From Ostreococcus lucimarinus (lineage: Eukaryota), in assembly GCA_000092065.1 (NCBI GenBank), contig CP000597.1: a stretch of 64,000 nt of DNA; one strand, given 5' to 3'. Under the pieces are notes generated by a model. The model had not been told where the DNA came from. It did no database searches and was given only the letters and a program-made list of their open reading frames with translations. Shown piece by piece: positions 10,255 through 20,483 of this stretch. Position 1 is the first letter of the stretch. Each line of letters starts with the position of its first letter. The translations under genes and the position numbers were made by a program.

Positions 10255-11139
10255 ATGTCTCGCGCCATCTCCCGCGCGCCCGCGCGCGCGCCCGCGCGCG
10301 CCATCGCGCGCCGACGCCACCGGACGCGCGCGCGCGCGACCACCACCACCGCCGAAGTCGACGCGTTCGCGCGCGAAATCAGCGGCGAATGGATCGGGCA
10401 CTGCGCGAGCTTCGATCCGATCAGCGGTGAACCCTCGAGTCTGCCGTCGTCGATGGTTCCGGACGCGTTCCGCGAGTGGGGGATGGACATAAAGGATTGG
10501 CAGAGCCAGTGCTCGACGACGGTTCGGGACGCCGCGAGCGGGACGGAGTTGTACTGCAAAGACGCCCGGTTCGTTCCGGTGGTCGGATGCGAGGCCGACG
10601 CGTCGACGGTGGAGAGCTTCGAGCGCGACGCGATCGCGATCGAGCGCGTGGCCGTGGAGGCGGGCGCGCGCGGCGGGTACAGCGCGTGTTACGAGGACCA
10701 AAAAGGCGTAGAAATCGTACAGCACTGCGTCGTGAACGACGCGCTCGATCCGCCGATTCGCGTGCGCATGAAGCATCGCGCGGACGGGTGTGGTGCGGTG
10801 CGCGTGTGGCGAGAAGCGATGGATGAACCGTTTTGCGACGGCGGCTCGTTGGCGTCGTCGTGCGGCGGCAACAGCGCGGTGGCGAAATTCGCCGAGTATC
10901 CGCGAGACGCCGCCGACGTCGTCGCGCGCGTCGACGCCGATTTCACCCTTCCCACCAACGCGACGCAACTTCCCGTGGGTATTTGGTTCTCCATCGTCGT
11001 CGAGGAAGACGGTTCGTACGCGTCTCAACTCGGGTACGCCGACGAGAAAACCGCCTCGCACGTCGCGAGCGCTCGCTCGCGATCCGGCCGCGACGAGTCC
11101 TCCGTCGTCGTCCGCTTTCACCGCGCGCTCTCGCCTTAA
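10255..11139 (+). CDS. hypothetical protein with an R/A-rich N-terminal presequence (probably organelle-targeted), Cys-containing globular domain
   Basis: Track ORF 9742..11139 overlaps the end of the previous gene out of frame. The first ATG, at 10255 (MSRAISRAPARAP...), gives a 294-aa protein. Composition is protein-like after the presequence (GEWIGHCASFDPISGEP ... IWFSIVVEEDGSY). No family recognised. Confidence 0.5.
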   Translation: MSRAISRAPARAPARAIARRRHRTRARATTTTAEVDAFAREISGEWIGHCASFDPISGEPSSLPSSMVPDAFREWGMDIKDWQSQCSTTVRDAASGTELYCKDARFVPVVGCEADASTVESFERDAIAIERVAVEAGARGGYSACYEDQKGVEIVQHCVVNDALDPPIRVRMKHRADGCGAVRVWREAMDEPFCDGGSLASSCGGNSAVAKFAEYPRDAADVVARVDADFTLPTNATQLPVGIWFSIVVEEDGSYASQLGYADEKTASHVASARSRSGRDESSVVVRFHRALSP

Positions 11140-11227
11140 TTTGTAACTCCTAATCGTGCGTTCGCTTTGTCCCGGCGTTTTCGCCGCGCGCGCGTCGTCC
11201 GCGCGCGTTTTATCCAAAACTCCGAAA

Positions 11228-11235
11228 TGACGTCA
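11228..11235. promoter_or_regulatory. perfect palindromic TGACGTCA (CRE / plant C-box bZIP site) 26 bp upstream of the ATG at 11261
   Basis: Exact 8-mer palindrome in a 120-bp intergenic spacer. Confidence 0.35.
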
Positions 11236-11260
11236 CGCCTCGTCGTCACTCGCCGACGCC

Positions 11261-11950
11261 ATGTTCGCCGCGAACGGCGCGTCCGCGCTCCAGCGCCCGC
11301 GCGCGCGCGCTCGTAAAGCGTCCACCGGCGTCAACGCGCTGTTCAAGAAGAAGGCACCGCCGCCGCCGCCGCCGCAAGCGCCCAAGAAGTCGCGCTTTAG
11401 CTTTGGCGCCAAGAAATCATCGCCGCCGCCGACGCCGACGCCCGCGAAGAAGTCCCGCTTCGGCTTCGGCGCCGAGCGAGCGTCGTCGCCGGCGCCGCCG
11501 AAGCAGCAGCAGGTGCGCGACTTCGAGTACAACGCGCAAGAGTCGATGAGCGAGTCTTACGCGCGCATTCGCAAGCAGCGCGCGCGGAGAAAGGCGGAAT
11601 TCGAAGCGAAGGAGAAGGGGGGGCTGAGCGCGGCGATCTTCAGCGTGACGCGCGCGCTAGATTTCCAAGAAGACATCTCCGCCGATCGTGGATTGCTGGC
11701 GCGCGCGAAGAGCATGCAAAAGGGAGATAAGATGTCCACGGAGGAGTACGGGGCGCTGCGACGCAAAGTCGGAGGCACGAAGGGTGGATTTTTCGGGGAG
11801 AGCGTGGACGTCAAGGGTAAATACGTCGAGGCTGGGTACGTGGACGCGGAGTCGGAGCTCGTCGGCGATTTGGCGTACGCGCCGTTTTTGGGATTGGTCG
11901 TCTTCGCCGTGCTCGCCACCACGGTTTGGGTCGCGGCGCAGGTGCCGTGA
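11261..11950 (+). CDS. hypothetical tail-anchored membrane protein (Pro/Lys-rich N-terminal region, single C-terminal transmembrane helix)
   Basis: ATG at 11261. PPPPPP/KKSRF repeats come first, then a conserved-looking block (EYGALRRKVGGTKGGFFGESVDVKGKYVEAGYVD), then a C-terminal hydrophobic helix LAYAPFLGLVVFAVLATTVWVAAQVP. Confidence 0.5.
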   Translation: MFAANGASALQRPRARARKASTGVNALFKKKAPPPPPPQAPKKSRFSFGAKKSSPPPTPTPAKKSRFGFGAERASSPAPPKQQQVRDFEYNAQESMSESYARIRKQRARRKAEFEAKEKGGLSAAIFSVTRALDFQEDISADRGLLARAKSMQKGDKMSTEEYGALRRKVGGTKGGFFGESVDVKGKYVEAGYVDAESELVGDLAYAPFLGLVVFAVLATTVWVAAQVP

Positions 11951-11976
11951 TTATTTTGTAACGTAATTTAGTGCGA

Positions 11977-12489
11977 TTAATCGAGCGCGTCTAGATCGCG
12001 GTACGCCGCGTCGGAGACGCGACCGTCGGCGTCGAGCGCGCGCGCGGCTTTGTCTTTTTCGCGGTCGTCCACGCGCGGTTCCGGTGCGACGCCCGCGGAG
12101 ACGTCGTGCTCGACGCGTCTCGCGGGACGCCTCGCGGACGTCGTCGCGCGCGACGCGACCAATGGGAAGGCCTCCGCGCGCTTCAACGCGATCGCCGTCG
12201 GCGTGACGACGAGTTTGCCGGGTTCGTCGTCCGCGTCGTTCGCGTCGTCGACGTCGTCGCTTGGATGCTCGGAGTCGCGCGCGTCGACGTCCTCCTCCGG
12301 ATACGTCAAGTACGTCGGCGTCTCGTACGTCAACCCCAATCGATCCATCTCTCGTATCCTCTTCACCGCTCCCGGCGCGGTCAAATCGCTCACGTCATCT
12401 CCTCGATCGATCACCGCGTACGCTTTCGCGATGGCGAGCTCGGCGTCCTCGATCGCGCGTCGCGTCGCCGCGGCTTCGTTCACGCGCAC
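11977..12489 (-). CDS. possible small acidic hypothetical protein
   Basis: 170-aa ORF with protein-like composition. It begins with GTG and has no early ATG, so it may be spurious or may have an upstream exon. It lies 27 bp convergent to the previous gene. Confidence 0.25.
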   Translation of the reverse strand: MRVNEAAATRRAIEDAELAIAKAYAVIDRGDDVSDLTAPGAVKRIREMDRLGLTYETPTYLTYPEEDVDARDSEHPSDDVDDANDADDEPGKLVVTPTAIALKRAEAFPLVASRATTSARRPARRVEHDVSAGVAPEPRVDDREKDKAARALDADGRVSDAAYRDLDALD

Positions 12490-12853
12490 CTTGTACCCGT
12501 GATGTTTGCTGCTCGACGTGCTCGCGAATTCCTGCGACCGAGACCGCGCGCGGTGAGAACGACGCGACGCGAAATAACGCCGCGCATGCGCGCATCGCTC
12601 GCGCCGCGCGCGCGACGCGTCGTCGACGACGCACCTCGTATTCCAACTCTAACATTTCGAGCGTTTTCTCAAGCCTCGCGCGCGCGGCCCGTCTCACCGC
12701 CTTCGCGACGCGCCTTCGCGCCGCGCGCGCGCGCGACGCTCGACGCGGTTTTCGCCTCGCGCCTCCGCGTCGCCGAACGCGCGCGAATCGTCGCGACGCG
12801 CGCGTCGTGCGTCGCAAAGTGCCTCGCGCCGACGCGAAAACGCTCGTCACACC

Positions 12854-14035
12854 ATGCCTCGCCCTCGCGTCGCCGTCGTCGCCCTCGAATACGACCGAGA
12901 CGCGTTCAGCGGGAACGGGATACTGTGTCAAGGTCTGGCCCGCTCTTTGGCGGCGCACGCGGACGTCCTCGTGCTGTGCGCGCGCCCGAGAGGTTCGGGA
13001 CGGGAGGACGATGTCCCGGTGGTGACGCGCGGCGACGGTGCGACGACGACGGCGTACGTCGACGTCGACACGTGGCACCGACTCGACCGTCTCGGTCCGC
13101 ACGAGCAGTTCGCGCGCGGGTGCGCGTCGCGGGCGATTCGAGACGCGGTGGCGGCGTTCGGCGCGAGCGCGTGCGTGGGCGTCGATTTCAGCGCCGTCGC
13201 GGCGGCGACGAATTCTGGATTGTGTGGCGGCGACGTTCCGTTTATTTGGTCGCCATTTCGAATTTTTAGTCGGAGCGATTTCGATGGGCATCACGCGCTC
13301 GAGTGCGATGGCGTGCGAAGGAGCGATGGGGTGCTGGCGTTGTGCGCCAGCGACGCGGATTTCGTGACGGAGCGGCTCGGCGCGGCGGTTCGGCCGCTCG
13401 TCGTCCATCCACCGTTGAGGGAGAGCGTGTTGAAGATTGCGCGCGCGCGGCGCGGAGAGACTCGAAGACGGAAGTACTTGACGTGCGTCGTGCGCGTGAG
13501 CGAAGAGAAAGAGCCGCACAGGTTCGTCGAGCTGTGCGAGGAACTCGCGAGGCGAGGCGTTTTTGATTCCAAAGCTCTCTCGCCCGTGTTTTGCGCCAAC
13601 GCGAGCTTGTGTCAAACGAGCGCGTACGCACAAGATCTGAAGGCTCGCTTTCAAAAGTGTGCGCCCAGTGGTCGAGTGATTGAGCACTTTCTTTCGCCGG
13701 AAGAGTTGGGCGAATTGTTTAGCGAGACGATTTTGAACATTCACCCGCCGACACACGACGCCTTCGGGATGACAATCGTCGAAAGCGCAGCGTTTGGTGC
13801 GCCCTCCGTCGTACATCACGCGGGCGCGGTCGGAGCGAGTGAGTTATTACAGACCATTGGTGTGGACGTGGAAGCTCCGACGCGCGAGTTCGCTGATAAA
13901 ATCGAAGAAATTCTTCTCGACGCGCGCACGCGCGTCGTCGCCGAAAACGCCCACTCCAAAGCTTTGGAGTGGGACGAGGCCAGTTTTGGGCATGCGGTCT
14001 TCGACTTTTTGTTCAGTCACATTAGAAATCCGTAG
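12854..14035 (+). CDS. glycosyltransferase, GT4 family (RfaG/GT1-type fold)
   Basis: ATG at 12854. The C-terminal GT4 signature region reads HPPTHDAFGMTIVESAAFGAPSVVHHAG. Confidence 0.8.
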   Translation: MPRPRVAVVALEYDRDAFSGNGILCQGLARSLAAHADVLVLCARPRGSGREDDVPVVTRGDGATTTAYVDVDTWHRLDRLGPHEQFARGCASRAIRDAVAAFGASACVGVDFSAVAAATNSGLCGGDVPFIWSPFRIFSRSDFDGHHALECDGVRRSDGVLALCASDADFVTERLGAAVRPLVVHPPLRESVLKIARARRGETRRRKYLTCVVRVSEEKEPHRFVELCEELARRGVFDSKALSPVFCANASLCQTSAYAQDLKARFQKCAPSGRVIEHFLSPEELGELFSETILNIHPPTHDAFGMTIVESAAFGAPSVVHHAGAVGASELLQTIGVDVEAPTREFADKIEEILLDARTRVVAENAHSKALEWDEASFGHAVFDFLFSHIRNP

Positions 14036-14070
14036 TTCGTAGCGATTATGTAATACTAGCGCTGTGTAGC

Positions 14071-16692
14071 CTATCGCGCGTCGTTCCCGAATTCCTTCTC
14101 AAGCGCCTCGGGATGTTCAAGACACTGCAGGGCGTCCTTGTGTATGAAAAATTTAGTATCCGCCGAGTCTAAGAGTCCGCGCACGATTGTGGCGACTTGT
14201 GAGTGACAATGTTGCAAAGCACCTAACACTCTGCATGCTCCCACTCGAACGGCTTTGTCGGCGTCATCGGCGAACACGAAGATGTCTCCCACAAACTTCT
14301 TAGCCGTCTGATGGTCGTTAAAATCGCGTATCAACTGTGCAATGGTTTTCCCCAAGGCTAACAACGAACGAACACGAACCTGAGTACTTGAGGAAGTCGA
14401 GACTTGCTCTAAATATCTGGATGCGACGCGCTCGAGAAATTTTACTGCGTTTTGTCTGTCTGCCAAACATGCACATTTTTGCAAATGCAACATGGCGTCT
14501 CTCTTTTGCCGGCAAAAGACAGACGACGTTTTTTCGAATGACATCGAACATATCACGTCTATCACTCGCTTTGAACGATTTTCTAGTGATAACCAGCGCG
14601 TCAAGAATGTTTGCAACGCACTTTCTTCGGATTGCTCATCTGTCAGGGATTCCACAAACTCGCCAATTTCATCATTATACGAAATTGGCTCACTCAATGA
14701 ATTTTGAACGGCGAAACACGTGGCGGCTATATCGGCAAGCTGCGCCGTCATTTCACCCGGTCTCCATCGCATCCAATCGAGCAAAGCGTCCAGAACTGGA
14801 GCGATATTTGTGACAAAATCCGCCTTATTCAGTGTCTCATCGCCGCGTGATCGCAAGTACAAGATGAATGGTACCATGAAGTCTTTGACTGTAAGAAGTG
14901 AATCCAATGATGCATCACACGTCGCTGGGTCGATTTGTTGGGCGAGACATTCCGATATTTCAGCAACCAGTTGCGTACCGCGAAGAAGGCAAAAAAGCGC
15001 CGTGAGTGTATTTGCCCGGAACGAACGTAGTGGTACGTTACGGTCGACGATGAGACGAAATATCTCCGATGCCTCAACTTCATCCTTTGGAGTGCATGCC
15101 ATCAACATCTCGCCAGTTACGTCGATGGAAGACATTCCGCACACACAAAAGTACATAGTCTGAATTTTCACACATGCTTCAAGTTTCTTGAACTTTCGCG
15201 TCGCCATGCTAGCCTTATTCTGCTGACGAAGAATCTCTAAACATGACGCAAGGATACTTTCGACGCAATTTAGGACGCCACTTGAATCATCTAGCTTGTC
15301 ACATGAATCCAATCGAAACATAGTCTTCTCCAGACTTTCTGAAATGAACGCAACATCATCCAAGTTGAGTGCATGTGTGACGCCATGCTGCTTTCTTCTA
15401 GAGAGAAATTTTTCGCATACACACAAAGCAACCATGTGCAAAGTAAACTCGGAGTTTACGTGCAGCATCGTCGGTTCAACCCACGTCCTACGCGTCGAGG
15501 GCGCGTGAATCATCAATATTTCCATCAAATATTCCGCATCGCGCCAAACAAGACTCTTGGTCAAAGTATCTAGCAACATCTTGATGATTGAATCGACGAA
15601 CGGGGCAACGCGATCGCCGACGTGTTCGACGATGAGCGCGCACGCGCGGAGACGCCGTCCAAGGATGTCTTTGTCATCCGTGCGCCACAGCTGATCGTTT
15701 AACATGCACTGAATCATTCGTTCTAAGGTATAGTGCGTCACTGATGCAAACCCTTCATTCATAGTTTTTGTCAAGTGCGCTTTGTTCACGTAATCGATGT
15801 GCGCAAAAGGATTTCTTTTCCCGACGGCACTCACAAACATCGCGCACAGCAAAGCTGCATCCGCTTCTCTTACGGTGAAAAGCCCAGAATATATGCGTCT
15901 AACGAAGCACATGGAGACGCTACAGGACACGGCGTGTCGTACTGTGCACTTTTCATCTAAGCTCAAGCGTAACATATCACGAGCATATGCCTCGTGCACG
16001 CGCAAATCGCACAACTTCAACATCGCGGCGGTGGCCAACTCCCCGCACTGAATCGCCGCACACGCGCGGATTTTGCTGAAGCGATGACTCAAACAGAGCG
16101 TGTGGATCGTCCAAAACAGTTTCTCGAGCACTCGTATCCACTCGCTACGTCTAAAAAGTTCATTTTGAATCGCGCTCCACGCCCCGCACCACACCGCGAC
16201 TGCGACGACTTTCGAATCCTCGCTCCGCGCGTACTTTTCGAAATCCTTCACCAACTCCAGAGCGCCTTCCAACTTTCCCGTTTCATCAAAAAATTGAATT
16301 CGTCTCGCAATGTCGAACATCTCTTTCATCTCGTCCTCGATCTGTGTGTCGAGAAACAACTCTTTCGTGACGTCGTCGATCTCGGCTCGGTCAAACGCGT
16401 CGTCCGCCGCTTTGACCAAACCCGACAACACCGCCATTCTCTCGCGTTGCTGTAGTGCCTCCATCGCGATGATGAACGCGTTGTAAAGAGTCGCGATCGT
16501 GCCATCGAGCACGGCGCGCACGATCGCGTCTCGCGCGAGCGCGAGCGCGGTTTCTTTCGACGCGGCCTCGAGGACGGCGGCGCGCTCCGCGCGCGCCGAG
16601 GACGCAACACCGGCGACGTCGCGCGAAGTGAAAGGATCGAGAAACCACCGGTCAGGGGCGTCATCGTCATCATTTGCGTCGTTTTGGGGCAT
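14071..16692 (-). CDS. large (873 aa) alpha-helical (HEAT/ARM-like?) protein of unknown function, encoded by an anomalously low-GC gene
   Basis: It is a continuous 2.6-kb ORF with ATG at 16692 (MPQNDANDDDD...). GC is about 47% in sampled 60-nt lines against about 68-70% in neighbouring genes. Codon usage is AT3-rich. An ORF this long at that GC content cannot be random. No recognised domain. Confidence 0.7.
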   Translation of the reverse strand: MPQNDANDDDDAPDRWFLDPFTSRDVAGVASSARAERAAVLEAASKETALALARDAIVRAVLDGTIATLYNAFIIAMEALQQRERMAVLSGLVKAADDAFDRAEIDDVTKELFLDTQIEDEMKEMFDIARRIQFFDETGKLEGALELVKDFEKYARSEDSKVVAVAVWCGAWSAIQNELFRRSEWIRVLEKLFWTIHTLCLSHRFSKIRACAAIQCGELATAAMLKLCDLRVHEAYARDMLRLSLDEKCTVRHAVSCSVSMCFVRRIYSGLFTVREADAALLCAMFVSAVGKRNPFAHIDYVNKAHLTKTMNEGFASVTHYTLERMIQCMLNDQLWRTDDKDILGRRLRACALIVEHVGDRVAPFVDSIIKMLLDTLTKSLVWRDAEYLMEILMIHAPSTRRTWVEPTMLHVNSEFTLHMVALCVCEKFLSRRKQHGVTHALNLDDVAFISESLEKTMFRLDSCDKLDDSSGVLNCVESILASCLEILRQQNKASMATRKFKKLEACVKIQTMYFCVCGMSSIDVTGEMLMACTPKDEVEASEIFRLIVDRNVPLRSFRANTLTALFCLLRGTQLVAEISECLAQQIDPATCDASLDSLLTVKDFMVPFILYLRSRGDETLNKADFVTNIAPVLDALLDWMRWRPGEMTAQLADIAATCFAVQNSLSEPISYNDEIGEFVESLTDEQSEESALQTFLTRWLSLENRSKRVIDVICSMSFEKTSSVFCRQKRDAMLHLQKCACLADRQNAVKFLERVASRYLEQVSTSSSTQVRVRSLLALGKTIAQLIRDFNDHQTAKKFVGDIFVFADDADKAVRVGACRVLGALQHCHSQVATIVRGLLDSADTKFFIHKDALQCLEHPEALEKEFGNDAR

Positions 16693-16797
16693 GGTTTTGG
16701 ACGAAACGATCGGTCGAGCGTCGAGGTGTGACAACGCCGGCGGCGTTTTCGTTTCGTTCTCGCGAAACGACGCTCACATTATCTAAGTCTATGGAAT

Positions 16798-19149
16798 CTA
16801 TGGGTCTACACGCGCGACCGCGCGCAAGATGGCGCTCGCCTTGAGCTCTATTTCCTCCCACTCCGACACTGGATCACTGAGAATGGTGATCGCGCCTCCC
16901 GCGCCGATCCACTGCTCGTCGCCGCGCGAGAGCACGCTTCGGATGACGATGTTCAGATCGAAGGCGCGCGAAAGCGAAAAGAATCCGATCGAACCGCTGT
17001 AAACCATCCGCGGACCGGTTTCCAAGGCGTCGATGATTTCCATAGTACGTATTTTTGGCGCACCTGTCATACTACCGCCCGGATAGGTGGCGCGGACGAC
17101 ATGCATCGGGGTGACGTCGTCGCGTCGGCGACCTCGAACCGTGCTGACGAGTTGGTGCACTGTGGCGTAGGATTCAATTTGCATCAATCCTGGGACCTCG
17201 ACAGTGCCCACGTCGCACACGCGCGCGAGATCGTTTCGCAACAAGTCAACGATCATCAAATTTTCTGCACGGTCCTTGACGTTGCGCTCGAGGGCGAGCG
17301 CGGCGGCGCGGTCTGCGGCGCCGCCGAGCGGTTCGAGACGCTTGCACGTGCCTTTAATCGGCTTCGCCTCGAGCGCACCCTCGGTGGTGTGGCGTAAAAA
17401 CCGTTCGGGGGAGCAACATGAAATCACCAACGGGTGTTCGTCGCCGCCAATGCTCAGAAGCGCGGCATAAGGCGCGGCGTTACTACGGCGAAGCTCAGAA
17501 TAGAGCCGGCGCGGCTCCGCGCGCGAACCAGTTCGGCGCAACATGTTCGTCAAACACACTTCGTACGTTTCCCCCGCCTCGATGGCGTCTTGACTTGCTT
17601 TGATGTCCGATATGTACTCATCGCGATCGCGGCGCCACTTGAAACCGGTCTTCTCGAGTAACTCGGTCGATGACATCGGCGGCGAGGTCGTCGGCGGCGA
17701 ATCCGAAGCCTCGACGGTCTCCGTCGCCAGGCGCGAGACCTCGCGAGTCGTCGCCGCGACCCACGATTGCGTCGCATCGCGTCCGCGAGCGTCGTCTTCT
17801 TCGTAAACACCCACGATGTACGCCTGGCGCTCGACGTGATCGAACGCGACGAAGCGATCGGCCAAGAAGAACGCCGCGTCCGGGAGCGGCGAATCGTACT
17901 TCGGCGGAAGCGAATCGCACTCGTCGCGCAATTCATAGCCTAAATACCCCACAAAACCACCTTGGAAATCGAACGGCAACGCCGCGGCGTCCGATTCGTT
18001 GAGCGTTCTTCTCTGAAGCTCGTCGTCGAGCCAAGACACGAATCCACGCTCGAGCGTCGTCGTTGTTGAGGCTTCGCCGTCAAAAATCTCAATCGACCCC
18101 GCGGCGCGTCGACGCGTCGACGCGCCGCCCACGCGCCAACACACCTTTCCGTTATCTTCGACCGTGTCCGCGTCGCGCTCGGGCGCGGACGCGAGATTAT
18201 ATCGCACGCGTCGCCACATCGACCCCCCACGCGCGCCCATAAAGCTAAACCGCCCCTTGGACTCGTCCGCGGAATCGAGCCAAAAGCAGTCGCGCGCCAC
18301 GTCGCCCGCGTCGCCTTCGACGCCGCCAAACAAACTCCAAAATATGCCCTCCGTCGTGAACGCGCTCGACGACGCGACATCCAAACTATTAAACTCTAAT
18401 CGCACGCGCGATCGCGCTGTCATCGGGATCGACGCGCGCGTCGTCGGCTCGTCCGCCGCGCCCAGCGAGCGAGGAATCGCTTCGCCGCTCGGCGGCGCCC
18501 GCCCTCGCGTCTTCCACCACCGGTCGCTGATCGCCATAAAATTCGCATAGATCTTATCCCCGTACGTCGTGCTCACGCTTTCCGGGTGAAACTGCACGCC
18601 GAATCGCGGCAACTCGCGATGATCGATCGCCATAATCGTCCCGTCGTCCTCCGCCCACGCGCGCGCTCGATACTCCTCTCCGCACGCCGTCACCGCCAAC
18701 GAGTGATACCGCGTCGCCACGAACCCGGCGTCCCCTCCCGACGGCACGCCATCAAACAGCGCGCTCTCACCGTCGTGTCGCACCCCGCACACGCGTCCGT
18801 GCACCGCTCCGCGCGGATTCCGTTCCGCGACGCCGCCGGCCGCGAGCGCCGCGAGCGCCTGGTGCCCCAAACACACCCCGAAGATCGGCATCTCGCGCGC
18901 TTCCGCCGCGTTCGACCGCACGAGCGCGTCGCCGACGCCCAAATCGCTCGCCCGACCCGGCGTCCCGGGCCCCGGCCCGATCACGACGCGCGTCACCGTC
19001 GTTCGCAGCGCCGCTCGAAGCTCCGAAAAGTGCACCTCGTCGTTCTTAATCACCCACGGCATCGCGCCCTCGCACCGCGCGATCACGTGCGCCAGGATTT
19101 CGGCGTACGAATCGTAGTTGTTGATCAGCAGCGCGCGCGCGGGCGCCAT
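16798..19149 (-). CDS. ADCS: bifunctional aminodeoxychorismate synthase (PABA synthase; N-terminal glutamine amidotransferase PabA domain fused to C-terminal PabB chorismate-binding domain)
   Basis: The N-terminal type-1 GATase reads ALLINNYDSYAEILAH...IFGVCLGHQALA...FGVQFHPES. The C-terminal chorismate-binding domain reads LMIVDLLRNDLARVC ... RATYPGGSMTGAPKIRTMEIID ... YSGSIGFF. This GATase-then-PabB order matches plant/fungal ADCS. Confidence 0.85.
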   Translation of the reverse strand: MAPARALLINNYDSYAEILAHVIARCEGAMPWVIKNDEVHFSELRAALRTTVTRVVIGPGPGTPGRASDLGVGDALVRSNAAEAREMPIFGVCLGHQALAALAAGGVAERNPRGAVHGRVCGVRHDGESALFDGVPSGGDAGFVATRYHSLAVTACGEEYRARAWAEDDGTIMAIDHRELPRFGVQFHPESVSTTYGDKIYANFMAISDRWWKTRGRAPPSGEAIPRSLGAADEPTTRASIPMTARSRVRLEFNSLDVASSSAFTTEGIFWSLFGGVEGDAGDVARDCFWLDSADESKGRFSFMGARGGSMWRRVRYNLASAPERDADTVEDNGKVCWRVGGASTRRRAAGSIEIFDGEASTTTTLERGFVSWLDDELQRRTLNESDAAALPFDFQGGFVGYLGYELRDECDSLPPKYDSPLPDAAFFLADRFVAFDHVERQAYIVGVYEEDDARGRDATQSWVAATTREVSRLATETVEASDSPPTTSPPMSSTELLEKTGFKWRRDRDEYISDIKASQDAIEAGETYEVCLTNMLRRTGSRAEPRRLYSELRRSNAAPYAALLSIGGDEHPLVISCCSPERFLRHTTEGALEAKPIKGTCKRLEPLGGAADRAAALALERNVKDRAENLMIVDLLRNDLARVCDVGTVEVPGLMQIESYATVHQLVSTVRGRRRDDVTPMHVVRATYPGGSMTGAPKIRTMEIIDALETGPRMVYSGSIGFFSLSRAFDLNIVIRSVLSRGDEQWIGAGGAITILSDPVSEWEEIELKASAILRAVARVDP

Positions 19150-19385
19150 GGCGCCGCGCGCGCGACGGTGTGACGCGCGGACGTCGCCTCCGGGAGGTCG
19201 ACCGACGCGCCGAGCGACGGCGCGCCGCGCGCCACACCGTCGCGCCGGCGCCCGCTCGACGCGCGCGCGAAGACCGCGAGACGCGCGACGCGCGCGCGGT
19301 CGCGACGCGCGGCGCGCGCGACGACGCGCGTCGACGCGCGAAAAGGTTATCCAACGCGGCGACGATCGGTGCGACGAACGCGAAA

Positions 19386-20354
19386 ATGTCCGGCGACGAC
19401 GCGAAGCGCGCGAGCGACGCGGCGAGCGCGCGCGATAAGTTGCTGTGGATCATCATCTACTCCCTGTGCTCGTCGACGATGCTGGTGATCAATAAGCTCG
19501 CGGTGGGCGCGAACGGGCTGCCGACGGTGGTGGCGGGCGCGCAGCTCGCGGTGTCGGCGGCGGTGGTCGTCGTGATGGAATTCGCGGGCGCGGGAGTGTT
19601 GGGACCGTTTGAGAAGAAGCGGATCGTGCCGTTCGTGCTGTACACGACGATGTTCGCCATGGGGTTGTTTTCGAACATGAAGGCGCTGATGCTGACAAAC
19701 GTCGGGGCGGTGATTTCGGCGAGGTGCTGCCTGCCGCTCATCGTGTGCTCGATCGAGTGGTTTTTCATGAATCGAGCGTTCCCGAACGCTCGAAGCGTGA
19801 TGTCGCTCATGGGAGTCGTGGTTTCGGCCGGGATTTACATCGCGAACGATACCGGGGTGGACATTCAAGGCGGGGCGGGGATGTTTTGGTTGCTCGTGTG
19901 GTGGCTGTTGCTCGCGGTGCAGATGACGTACGGAAAACACCTGACGGAGAACATCGCGATGACGCAGTGGGAGCGAGTGTTTTACACGAACGCCATGGCT
20001 ATCCCGCCGACTATAGTTCTTTATTACGCCACCGGGGAAAACGAGCTCGAGATGGAGGATGGCGAAGGGGCGATGTTTTATTTGATTTTGAGTTGCGTCG
20101 TCGGCGTGGCGATTTCGTACAGCGGGTGGAAGTGCAGAAGCGTCATCACGGCGACGACCTTCACGCTCGTGGGGGTGCTGAATAAGATGGCCACGATCAC
20201 ATTCACCATCATCGTCTGGCCTAAAGATTTCTCGGTGGTTAAAACGCTCGCTTTAATCGCGAGCGTGGGGTTCGGTTTGCTCTACACGGAGGCGCCGCTG
20301 CGCAAGCCCAAGGTCGCGGGCGCAGGAACTTCGCCGCTTGGGATTAAGCACTAG
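19386..20354 (+). CDS. nucleotide-sugar / triose-phosphate transporter family (TPT/NST, GDP-mannose-transporter-like) multi-pass membrane protein
   Basis: The first ATG in the track ORF is at 19386 (MSGDDAKRA...). The protein has about 9-10 TM helices and the conserved NST-type loop KHLTENIAMTQWERVFYTNAMAIP. It diverges from the ADCS gene across 236 bp. Confidence 0.8.
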   Translation: MSGDDAKRASDAASARDKLLWIIIYSLCSSTMLVINKLAVGANGLPTVVAGAQLAVSAAVVVVMEFAGAGVLGPFEKKRIVPFVLYTTMFAMGLFSNMKALMLTNVGAVISARCCLPLIVCSIEWFFMNRAFPNARSVMSLMGVVVSAGIYIANDTGVDIQGGAGMFWLLVWWLLLAVQMTYGKHLTENIAMTQWERVFYTNAMAIPPTIVLYYATGENELEMEDGEGAMFYLILSCVVGVAISYSGWKCRSVITATTFTLVGVLNKMATITFTIIVWPKDFSVVKTLALIASVGFGLLYTEAPLRKPKVAGAGTSPLGIKH

Positions 20355-20483
20355 ATACGTTCGCGTTGGTTCATATTGTAGCATTTTCACTTTAATTGCA
20401 ACGTTCGTCCATTCGTATAAAGAAGTGTGAAAAGTTGAGCGGAGTTACTACGAACGAAGCGTCGTGGGAACTCGCCGTGGGAC

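Noticed and set aside
12395-13819. 474-aa minus-strand ORF opposite the GT4 glycosyltransferase
   Set aside because: Arg-rich low-complexity antisense ORF. The GT4 gene on the plus strand has clear family motifs and an ATG start.
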